64,000 nucleotides of DNA from a virus (taxonomy: Duplodnaviria > Caudoviricetes), in IMG/VR virus record IMGVR_UViG_3300033075_001021. One strand, written 5' to 3'. Positions 51,364 to 59,469 of this stretch are shown here, one piece after another. Each line of letters starts with the position of its first letter. Positions within the stretch are counted from its first letter, which is position 1. The notes beneath the pieces were generated by a model that saw nothing but the letters and a program-made list of their open reading frames with translations, was not told the DNA's origin and ran no database searches. Position numbers and translations under genes: made by a program.

Positions 51364-51953
51364 CCTTGGTGAAATTCACCAGTATCAGTGTCAATAACCC
51401 AATCTGGTTCCAACCATTCTAAGATATCACGATGACAAGTTGCTAATACAACATTATTGATATCGTTGTTTTTAATGTAACGTGATAATGATACACTAGC
51501 AGCCTTAGCAACGTTTCTATCAACGACACTACTAAATTCATCAATTACAGCATTTGATTCTAATTTACGAGCAACATCAGCCCTAAACTTTTCACCATTA
51601 GATAATACCTCGTATGGCTTATACCAAGAAGGAATCGTATTTAAACCGACAGCGCCCATTTTATTGATGGCTTCATCTGGTGATTCAAAATGTGAAATGA
51701 TTGGCAAATGATTGGACCAGATTGGTTTTTCTTCTTGACCAAAGTTTTTTAATAACGTTGATTTACCAGAACCACTTGAACCAACAATTACGCCTATCTT
51801 AAATTCTTTTGGGAGATTGATAGGAAGTTCCCATGGATAAAACTTTGACGTACCATCAAAAATACAATCAAAGGCTTTCTCACTAGCCTCAATAAATTTG
51901 TCTTTCTGGACAGTAGATGTTAAAGGAATGTTTGATTTGATGAGTTTTTCCAT
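51276..51953 (-). CDS. ABC-type ATPase domain
   Basis: GSSGSGKST, LSNGEKFR, IDEFSSVVDR, TCH. Confidence 0.87.
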   Translation of the reverse strand: MEKLIKSNIPLTSTVQKDKFIEASEKAFDCIFDGTSKFYPWELPINLPKEFKIGVIVGSSGSGKSTLLKNFGQEEKPIWSNHLPIISHFESPDEAINKMGAVGLNTIPSWYKPYEVLSNGEKFRADVARKLESNAVIDEFSSVVDRNVAKAASVSLSRYIKNNDINNVVLATCHRDILEWLEPDWVIDTDTGEFHQGFFLPVQKSKLRFIQQAIISGPCLKTIII

Positions 51954-52064
51954 GCAAATAATATATGCATGAATTGTAAAAAAATAAATGGTAAGTATGG
52001 AAAATACAAAGCTAGAGCGCATATTTCTTACGCTCTAGCCCATATTTTGTTCATCCAGAATGGA

Positions 52065-52265
52065 TTACTTAGATTTTGTTAATTTGTTAACTTTAGCTTC
52101 TAAAGCAGCAATTTTTTGTTCAAGAATCGCACTTTTGTTACCTTTAGATGCTTGTTCAGCTAACCATTCTTTCTTTTTGATGCTAACTGCTTCGCTAACG
52201 ATGTTATCGATTAAGTCGACCAAATCACCTTCAGAAATTTTAACTGTTTTCTTTACGTTTGACAT
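52065..52265 (-). CDS. Small coiled-coil protein
   Basis: KKTVKISE..L..I..IVSE N-terminus; hairpin downstream at about 52011..52039. Confidence 0.6.
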   Translation of the reverse strand: MSNVKKTVKISEGDLVDLIDNIVSEAVSIKKKEWLAEQASKGNKSAILEQKIAALEAKVNKLTKSK

Positions 52266-52349
52266 GTTCAATAGATTTTAAGAATTTTTTATCTTACTAA
52301 TAAATATGGGATTTTTTAGAAAAAGATAAAAAATTCTTATAACCCATTA

Positions 52350-52394
52350 TTAATGAGCGTATTTGTCACCACCATAGCTTGCTGCCCAAGCATC
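52350..52394 (-). pseudogene. Orphaned 3' end of the YkuK-like gene
   Basis: DAWAASYGGDKYAH* vs ESWAASYGGDRYCH*. Confidence 0.88.
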
Positions 52395-53160
52395 ACCTAA
52401 ATTTACAATTTTCAAAATGCCATCGCTTACCGTTTCCGATATCAACAACTTTATTACAGTATGGACATCTTGTTTTTGGTTGTTCTTTACCTTTATTATG
52501 TGCTTCCTTTCCTTTATTTGGATGTACATTTAAACGATAATATTCTTTTAATTTTTCAGATTGAATTTTATTTAATTCTGGGTTATTTTGTCTAATTTTC
52601 TTTTGTGTTTGCGATATTCTTTTCTTTTCTTCTTCTGATTTCGGCCCTGTTGAAACACCCTTATTCCACGCAGTTTGTTTTCCCTTAACACCTTTATTCC
52701 AAGGCACCCTACCCACAGATGGATGTTTAGTTTTTTTATACTTTTCTTTTAATGATATAGATATTTTTTGTTTTATTTCATTTGTTGGTGTATATGGTTT
52801 ACCATGATATATGACTTCACCGTTTTTATACCGTTCTTTTAATGTTTCTGAAATTTTAGTTTTAGAATCTTTTGATAATATACCATTACTCTGACCCCCA
52901 GTTTTTAGATTGTAGGTATCCTCACGATTAACCCAATTTTCGGTTACATATTCTTTTTCTTCCTGAAGTAATTCTTCTAATGAATTACAATATTTTAATA
53001 TTTCACGTTTAAAATTTTCCTTTCCGTATTTTTTTAACGCTCTTTTAAAAGCTAATCCGCTACCTAAATACCCGTCATCCAAGTTTTTAGTTTGATGAAT
53101 TCCAATGTAAACCTTATTGTTAATTAAGTTAGTCGTCTTGTACAAAATAAAATACTGCAT
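52393..53160 (-). mobile_element. Free-standing GIY-YIG (Seg-like) homing endonuclease
   Basis: ILYKTTNLINNKVYIGIH, YLGSG, YN; NUMOD3-like K.KIS and WNKG repeats. Confidence 0.9.
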
Positions 53161-53212
53161 ACTATTATTTTTAATAATAAATATGCAGCATCTTATAATG
53201 AGGATAAAAAAA

Positions 53213-53722
53213 TTAATGACAGTAACGGTCTCCCCCATATGAGGCGGCCCAACTTTCGGGCTTAATTTTGAACTCATATCCCATACCAAGTATGTAACCA
53301 ACAGCGTGGCTAAGAGCCTTGTTAGACTCCCACCTTGGGTCTGGATTAATGTCGGCGTGTATTTCCATCTTAACACCGTACTTTTCAAGGACAGGAGAAA
53401 TTTCGTATGCTACTTCAATAGACTTACCTACTTCCATAATCATTCTTTCATTAACACCTTCCTTGTCCTTCTTGAAGGTATTCATGTGGTAAGTAGCAGA
53501 GATTATCTTACCACCTCTACCCACAGATACACCATCGCCAAGATTCTCCCTAACAGTAATCAATATTACTGTCGCAAACTTATATCCTCTACCACTCCTT
53601 TGAGAGTCAGTACCTACGGAAATCCTTAATTCATGATTAAGGGCCATTTCTTCTTGAATCAAGTTGTCAAGATAATCGTTAATTGGCATGTCAATTTTTT
53701 TGCCAGCTCTTTCCCACTTCAT
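53213..53722 (-). CDS. RNase H-like YkuK-family protein
   Basis: VGTDSQ, EVGKS, EIHADIN, KP.SWAAS..D. Confidence 0.82.
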   Translation of the reverse strand: MKWERAGKKIDMPINDYLDNLIQEEMALNHELRISVGTDSQRSGRGYKFATVILITVRENLGDGVSVGRGGKIISATYHMNTFKKDKEGVNERMIMEVGKSIEVAYEISPVLEKYGVKMEIHADINPDPRWESNKALSHAVGYILGMGYEFKIKPESWAASYGGDRYCH

Positions 53723-53752
53723 AGTTTTTGCTTTTGTTTTATATTTATTGTT

Positions 53753-53938
53753 ATGAAAAAATTACTATTCTTCTTATTGTCAATAATACTGTTTAGCGCT
53801 TGTGTAACAGTTAAACCTACTACACCACCCCCAAAACCAACCGTAGTAATTTTAAAAAAAAGACATGTGCTTTTCTTTAATAAACACTACCGTTATTATA
53901 GACGAGTACAAAGAACAGAAATTATTATTATAAAGTAA
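53753..53938 (+). CDS. Small Pro-rich lipoprotein
   Basis: MKKLLFFLLSIILFSAC lipobox; TATTTAT upstream. Confidence 0.6.
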   Translation: MKKLLFFLLSIILFSACVTVKPTTPPPKPTVVILKKRHVLFFNKHYRYYRRVQRTEIIIIK

Positions 53939-53971
53939 AATGGCCCCCATTTCTGGAGACCATCATCATCT

Positions 53972-55384
53972 TTAAAACTTTGTTGAAGGAAGCAGCTCCC
54001 TCAACCTTTGATAATTTTCTTCTCCAATTTCTTCTCGTTTAATCGCAAGACGAAATAACGAGCCACCATTACTTTTATCCAAATATGCAATCTCAGATGG
54101 AATACTTTCAATCGGATTCCCCGTTAGATTCATAAATATTAGTTTTTTAAGCCCACCAATCTCTTTCGGTAACGACTTAATTCTGTTATTCGTCAACACC
54201 AACATCTCAAGATTTGAGAGCGAACCAATAGACGGATGCAACTCAACCAGCTTGGCACCAGTAATAATTAATTGGTCCAATTGTTTATACCTGCTAAGGT
54301 CTGGCAATCTTGGTATTTCCCTTGTCATAAATGTTATTGTCGGTGTTTCAGGTTCAATAAATTCAAATAAGCTTTCGCAAAATCCAAACTTAATTAATGC
54401 ATCCAAGTACTTGTTGTTGTCCAAACCGCTTTTACAGTCTTTAGCCATGGCCATCAATTCCTCATAAAAGAAATTAGATAATCCTTCGCTTTCATGAATT
54501 ACGGTTTCAAATATACTTACGTTACTTGAATTATGTCTATCCTTTATCTGATTACTCTCAAAGTGAATTTGATATATCTCTTGAGACTCTCCAGTAAAGA
54601 ACTTATTGTTGATTATTACATAAATATCCGACTTTTTACCATTAGGCTTTAATTGGTTGGTGTAACTGGTAAACATACTATTACCTGGTCTTGCCGTACA
54701 CCAGTTCGCAAATTTATTAAATACTGTCGCAGCATCAGTTGTTAATGGGATATAAAGCGTAAACTTTCTATCTCTCACGGGTATCAATGCACTACCAATA
54801 TTTACATATCGCTGTAACAATGATTCCATCTCAGTCGGGTCCCTTTCAATAAAGGGGTCAACCGCATCAAACAACTGTGATAACGATTTGTACTGATTAA
54901 TGTCTGTCGGGTCTTTAACATGCTTCAAAACATAAGACTTCTTACAAAACTCTTTAAACTTGTTCTTACGCTTATTTGCCTCAAACAATGAAATATAACT
55001 ATTTGCTTGTGGCAAATCTTCACTAATGAACCTAATTGCCGCTTGAATATCATTCTCTTTCCCACTCTTAAGCAATCTTGTAAAAACGTTCAACATCCAT
55101 TGAACACAAGATTTATTAGGTGTAGGGTCCGCAGCAATCACATCTGAAAAGACATCAAGACTAACAGATATGTTCCCCGTGGAACGTTCACCACCCTCTT
55201 TTAAGGGCGCAAAAGACATTATCGCTAAAAGTCTATCACCATTTTCATTGGTGTAAGCCTTGAATTCGTACCCGTCAGACTTCAGCTGATTGAATTTCTT
55301 ATCAATCTCATCTCCTTGAGTATCAAATACATCGAACTTTTTAGCCAAAAATTCTATCCTATCGGCAATTTTAGTTTCAATCAT
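53972..55384 (-). CDS. Protein with C-terminal leucine-rich repeats
   Basis: LxxLxLxxNxIxSLPxEI repeats; WCTA motif; TATATTTG upstream. Confidence 0.8.
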   Translation of the reverse strand: MIETKIADRIEFLAKKFDVFDTQGDEIDKKFNQLKSDGYEFKAYTNENGDRLLAIMSFAPLKEGGERSTGNISVSLDVFSDVIAADPTPNKSCVQWMLNVFTRLLKSGKENDIQAAIRFISEDLPQANSYISLFEANKRKNKFKEFCKKSYVLKHVKDPTDINQYKSLSQLFDAVDPFIERDPTEMESLLQRYVNIGSALIPVRDRKFTLYIPLTTDAATVFNKFANWCTARPGNSMFTSYTNQLKPNGKKSDIYVIINNKFFTGESQEIYQIHFESNQIKDRHNSSNVSIFETVIHESEGLSNFFYEELMAMAKDCKSGLDNNKYLDALIKFGFCESLFEFIEPETPTITFMTREIPRLPDLSRYKQLDQLIITGAKLVELHPSIGSLSNLEMLVLTNNRIKSLPKEIGGLKKLIFMNLTGNPIESIPSEIAYLDKSNGGSLFRLAIKREEIGEENYQRLRELLPSTKF

Positions 55385-55437
55385 ATTAATCAATACAAAA
55401 GCAAATATACAAATTTTTTTTCAAAAGTCCAAAAATA

Positions 55438-55779
55438 TTACATGAATCTTTTAAAGAAATCCTCATCCAAATATTCCTCAACTCTTTTTAAAAGAAATGT
55501 TACTAAAAAACTTAATTCGTCTTGGTTGTATCTAGACGCAATTTCTAGAAGTAAATAATTCGGGTCTTCCCCATCAGTCAAGCGATATTTTATCTCTTCA
55601 AAGTATTTACCATTATCTATTTGAAACAATTCTTTTATTATCAAATTATATGTTTCCCATCTTTCCTCTGTTTCCTCATTCATCTCAACCAATAAATTAT
55701 TGATTAATTTATTATACGCTTTATCTAAATTTGAGTTCTTACCTGACCCAGATTTTACAATGAAATCTATAAACGCCAT
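55438..55779 (-). CDS. Hypothetical protein, paralog of 55886..56206
   Basis: W.TYN.II.EL..Y.LTD..DPN. Confidence 0.7.
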   Translation of the reverse strand: MAFIDFIVKSGSGKNSNLDKAYNKLINNLLVEMNEETEERWETYNLIIKELFQIDNGKYFEEIKYRLTDGEDPNYLLLEIASRYNQDELSFLVTFLLKRVEEYLDEDFFKRFM

Positions 55780-55811
55780 ACGAATGTTTTTTAATAAATG
55801 TTATGATATTA

Positions 55812-55835
55812 CATAACGAAGTTAACTTCGTTATG
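55812..55835. repeat. Perfect 24-bp palindrome
   Basis: CATAACGAAGTTAACTTCGTTATG. Confidence 0.9.
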
Positions 55836-55885
55836 ATGATACTTAAAAAGTTGACATGTTGAAATTGATTTTGTTTGAAGAAACT

Positions 55886-56206
55886 TTAAAAGTTTTTTAT
55901 TTTTTCGTAAAGCCTTTGTAACTCTGGTGAACGATGTTTCACCTTTCTTAGAACCTCAATACACGCTTTGTTTGGGTCTAAATTATCTGTAAGTTTATAT
56001 TGTAATTCTTTTACTCTTAAATTATCTTTGATTGAATGCTTAAGCTCTAAAATAACTTGATTATACGTTATCCAAGCTTTCTTATCGGTTAAATTTCCAT
56101 CAGCCAGAGAATCGGTCACCTTATCTTCGTAAATGTGTTCCAAATGCGTTTCAAACTCACCATACTGAGATTTCAACGCTTCTCTTATTTTGGCTTTAAT
56201 GTCCAT
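55886..56206 (-). CDS. Hypothetical protein, paralog of 55438..55779
   Basis: WITYNQVILEL..YKLTDNLDPN. Confidence 0.7.
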   Translation of the reverse strand: MDIKAKIREALKSQYGEFETHLEHIYEDKVTDSLADGNLTDKKAWITYNQVILELKHSIKDNLRVKELQYKLTDNLDPNKACIEVLRKVKHRSPELQRLYEKIKNF

Positions 56207-56207
56207 A

Positions 56208-56546
56208 CTAATTCATTGATACATTCCTCGATAATTGATTACCTTTTAGTGTGCCAAACGCCCAATCTTTAATAACTTGTTGCGTAAAATCATCACTAGT
56301 GCCGTATTTCTTTTTCATGTATTCAAACAATTCCCCAGCACTTATTTGATTTCCGTCAACCACAACCTCAAACATCGGAACATCACGATATTCACCATCT
56401 TCACGTATAGCAGCAACCATTGGTTTGTAATTCTTTGACAAATCATTAACCATGGTTTTAACCATATTTTCATAAACAGAGTTTTCATTAAGATGCTCTC
56501 TTAATAAATTAAACTGCCTTTCTGTTATAATCATTTTAACACCCAT
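56208..56546 (-). CDS. Hypothetical protein
   Basis: KMIITERQF N-terminus; TATTTAT upstream. Confidence 0.65.
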   Translation of the reverse strand: MGVKMIITERQFNLLREHLNENSVYENMVKTMVNDLSKNYKPMVAAIREDGEYRDVPMFEVVVDGNQISAGELFEYMKKKYGTSDDFTQQVIKDWAFGTLKGNQLSRNVSMN

Positions 56547-56598
56547 ATTCATAAATATCTTGCAATAACAAAAAAGAGCTGCGGATGCAGCTCAATTT

Positions 56599-56913
56599 TT
56601 AAGATTTTAATTCCGCAATTTGCGCCTTTAGTGCGCTTTTTGAGGTTACCCCTTTAATTCGCTTAACCTCCTCTCCATTCTTAAAAAAGATGATTGTTGG
56701 TATACTTGAAACCATGAATTTTAATGAGGATTCTGGGTTTCCATCAACGTTTAACTTACCAACACTTACACCTTCTTCTTCAGATGCTAATTGGTCAATA
56801 ACTGGCCCCATCATTCTGCAAGGACCACACCATTCTGCCCAGAAATCAACTACTGCGATTTCATTTTGGGCCAAAACTTCATTTAAGTTTTTGTCTGTAA
56901 TTTCTAATGCCAT
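56599..56913 (-). CDS. trxA: Thioredoxin
   Basis: DFWAEWCGPC; SIPT; terminator-like hairpin at 56576..56593. Confidence 0.95.
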   Translation of the reverse strand: MALEITDKNLNEVLAQNEIAVVDFWAEWCGPCRMMGPVIDQLASEEEGVSVGKLNVDGNPESSLKFMVSSIPTIIFFKNGEEVKRIKGVTSKSALKAQIAELKS

Positions 56914-56956
56914 TGTTTTTTGTTTTAATATAATTATTGATTTATAAAAATAAATA

Positions 56957-57265
56957 TCAGTTAAAAGAGTTCTTGAAAAATTCAAACGATAATCTTACCA
57001 CATATTCAAGCTCAACGTACTTTTCCGTTAAAAAAAAATCGGCAATGTATTTTGTACTTTCTTCTGGTGTTAAAGCATAGATTTCCGATAAATAATCATC
57101 AATTTCATAGATTATGCGCAAATCACCCCTACTCAAGTCTTCCATTTCCATATTCGCCTTTAGCGTCCTACAAAACCCAATATATGTTGAATAATAGGAA
57201 TTTTTAAACAGCTCCAGCGATTTCTCACAAATACTTAAAAATATATAGTTGTCTAACCTGTTCAT
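56957..57265 (-). CDS. Hypothetical protein
   Basis: 102 aa. Confidence 0.5.
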   Translation of the reverse strand: MNRLDNYIFLSICEKSLELFKNSYYSTYIGFCRTLKANMEMEDLSRGDLRIIYEIDDYLSEIYALTPEESTKYIADFFLTEKYVELEYVVRLSFEFFKNSFN

Positions 57266-57291
57266 TTTATACCTAAACGCTATTTATCAGT

Positions 57292-57537
57292 ATGACTGAC
57301 ATTGAAAAAGATATGATGCTGAAATTTCTACAAAGAAATTACCCCACTCATAGGTTAAAACACAACATGCGGTTTAAAAGAACCATTGTCCTTGATGATG
57401 GACAATACTACTTCTTAAGCGATAAAGAACACCAAGCTAGGTTATTTTACAACCTTTTGGATACCCTTAGAATTATATTTTACCCTGACGAGGACCTAAA
57501 CCGCATCGTTGTAAAAGAATTCTTGCACCTAAAATAA
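57292..57537 (+). CDS. Hypothetical protein
   Basis: 81 aa; TATTTAT upstream. Confidence 0.6.
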   Translation: MTDIEKDMMLKFLQRNYPTHRLKHNMRFKRTIVLDDGQYYFLSDKEHQARLFYNLLDTLRIIFYPDEDLNRIVVKEFLHLK

Positions 57538-57687
57538 TCCTATTCTTAAAACTCAAAAGGACTGGCAAAATACCAATCCCGTAAATTATCGAGGGGTGCC
57601 CATCACCACAAATACCAAAAATATGTTTAAGAATTTCTACCATCTTTTTTTGCAACAAAGATACAAAAAAAAGATGAAAAATGCAAA

Positions 57688-58128
57688 TTAAAAACTCTGA
57701 ATTTCTATCGGCTTAACATCACCAAATTGTGACATTAAGCTTTCAGCCTTTTCTTGAACCTCAGCCAAACCCATCACAATCAAACTTAACGGATTAATCT
57801 TATTCGTCACCGTTTCAGCAATATCCCAAATTTCCAAGTCAAAGTTGTCGTCTTCACCACCAATAAGATTCTGGTCCCAAAGATTTTCAATGTTACGCCT
57901 AGCAACATCAACATCATTTTCAATTTTATCAAGTGCCTTTTGTATCTGGTCAATGTTTATACTACCAGACACAATATCTGACACAGATGCATTGATAACA
58001 CTGGAATACAGCTTATTTACCTCTTGTACTTTTTGGGAACAAAAGCTTTTGAATTGAGCTAAATACTCTTGCTGCTCAAGAACTAAACGGATTTTCGAGT
58101 ATTGGTTTTCGGTAATTCTTATCTTCAT
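57688..58128 (-). CDS. Hypothetical helical protein
   Basis: MKIRITENQY N-terminus; TATTTAT upstream. Confidence 0.65.
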   Translation of the reverse strand: MKIRITENQYSKIRLVLEQQEYLAQFKSFCSQKVQEVNKLYSSVINASVSDIVSGSINIDQIQKALDKIENDVDVARRNIENLWDQNLIGGEDDNFDLEIWDIAETVTNKINPLSLIVMGLAEVQEKAESLMSQFGDVKPIEIQSF

Positions 58129-58187
58129 AAAACGACGTTTTTAATAAATATTTGACTTATTCAAAAAATAAAGTTATATTTATTAAT

Positions 58188-58697
58188 ATGGCAAATTATA
58201 ATTTTAGAGAAGATATCATTCTTGGTGAAGAAGGCGAACAAGTTATGGTTAATGACCTTATCTCAATGGGCGCAACATATAACTCAAATAACAAAACTAA
58301 CACCCATGACGTAATTGTTACATTTAAAGGTAAAGACATTCGATATGAGTGTAAAACCGATTTTTTTGATGATACTGGTAATATGTTTATTGAAACAAAA
58401 TGTCGTGGCAATGCCGCTGGAATTGAAGTAACACAAGCTGACTGGTTTGTAACCTACTTCAAAAAATTAAATGAAATTTGGTACATTAAAGTTGACAAGC
58501 TTAAAAAAATCCTTACCGAACATGAACACAAAAAGGCTACTCAATGTGGTGATAACGGGAGCAACACCGAAGGAATCCTCTTAAACAAGAACATGTTTAG
58601 AGACGAATTTATTGTCAGAGACCCAATAAAACACGTAGAAATAATTAGAAGATGGCAAAAAAAGTATCAAAAGAAACTAAACTCGAAATCGAACTAG
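58188..58697 (+). CDS. PD-(D/E)XK nuclease-like protein
   Basis: GE.GE, D..., YECKTD, TGNMFIE, GI..TQAD. Confidence 0.7.
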   Translation: MANYNFREDIILGEEGEQVMVNDLISMGATYNSNNKTNTHDVIVTFKGKDIRYECKTDFFDDTGNMFIETKCRGNAAGIEVTQADWFVTYFKKLNEIWYIKVDKLKKILTEHEHKKATQCGDNGSNTEGILLNKNMFRDEFIVRDPIKHVEIIRRWQKKYQKKLNSKSN

Positions 58698-59227
58698 TCC
58701 CATCTACTTGCCACTACTCAAACGCTCGGACAATACTCAAAACAAAGCTATGGAACAAACTTCGTTTCATGGTATATGAAAGAGCTGAGCATAAATGTGA
58801 AATCTGTGGAGAAACTGGACTTGAACAAGGATATAACCACAAACTAGAATGTCATGAAATCTGGAAGTATGATGATACACGACTAATTCAAAAACTGGTT
58901 GGCTTGATAGCCCTTTGCCCATTATGTCACCAAGCAAAACATATCGGCAGGTCATTTGCCATGGGTAGACAAGATATTGCCATCAATAAACTAATGACAG
59001 TAAATAATTGGTCCGAAAAAAAGACACATGAAATAATTAGCGAAGCCTTTGAAATAAACAAAGAAAGGTCCAAACATAACTGGAAATTAGACCTCTCCTT
59101 GTTAACAAAACCACCCTATAATCTTGATATAAAACCGAAACCAATAAAGCGTGTCAAGAAAAAACCAGCCTTCAAAAAACGCAAAAAGAAAAAGACTAAG
59201 CTTAACTCAAGACCCAAAAGAAAATAG
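58652..59227 (+). CDS. HNH nuclease-like protein
   Basis: CEICG..ECHE.W..LIALCPLCH..KH. Confidence 0.75.
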   Translation: MAKKVSKETKLEIELVPSTCHYSNARTILKTKLWNKLRFMVYERAEHKCEICGETGLEQGYNHKLECHEIWKYDDTRLIQKLVGLIALCPLCHQAKHIGRSFAMGRQDIAINKLMTVNNWSEKKTHEIISEAFEINKERSKHNWKLDLSLLTKPPYNLDIKPKPIKRVKKKPAFKKRKKKKTKLNSRPKRK

Positions 59228-59228
59228 T

Positions 59229-59465
59229 TTACTTTTTTGTCTCCTTCTCAACAGTTTTTGTTTGCTTAAACAATAACCCACATAAAAGATACAGCGCCAA
59301 CGCTTGGAAATATGTTATTTCTGGTAACTTAAATAAAGCTGGCATCACATAATCCCAACACCACATTACTGGAAAGGCTAGGATAATACCAAACCCAAAC
59401 AACATAAAAATCAAGACACCAAATAAGGTTAATAACCCCGTCAAAAATTCTAATAGACTTTTCAT
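59229..59465 (-). CDS. Small membrane protein
   Basis: Hydrophobic; PVMWCW..LPEITYFQA. Confidence 0.6.
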   Translation of the reverse strand: MKSLLEFLTGLLTLFGVLIFMLFGFGIILAFPVMWCWDYVMPALFKLPEITYFQALALYLLCGLLFKQTKTVEKETKK

Positions 59466-59469
59466 ATTC

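Noticed and set aside
57030-57038. Third 9-nt homopolymer as a frameshift site
   Set aside because: The -1 frame stops within about 6 codons; this shows such runs also occur by chance
58188-59227. Tandem nucleases as another replacement cassette
   Set aside because: No duplicated neighbour terminus found on either side
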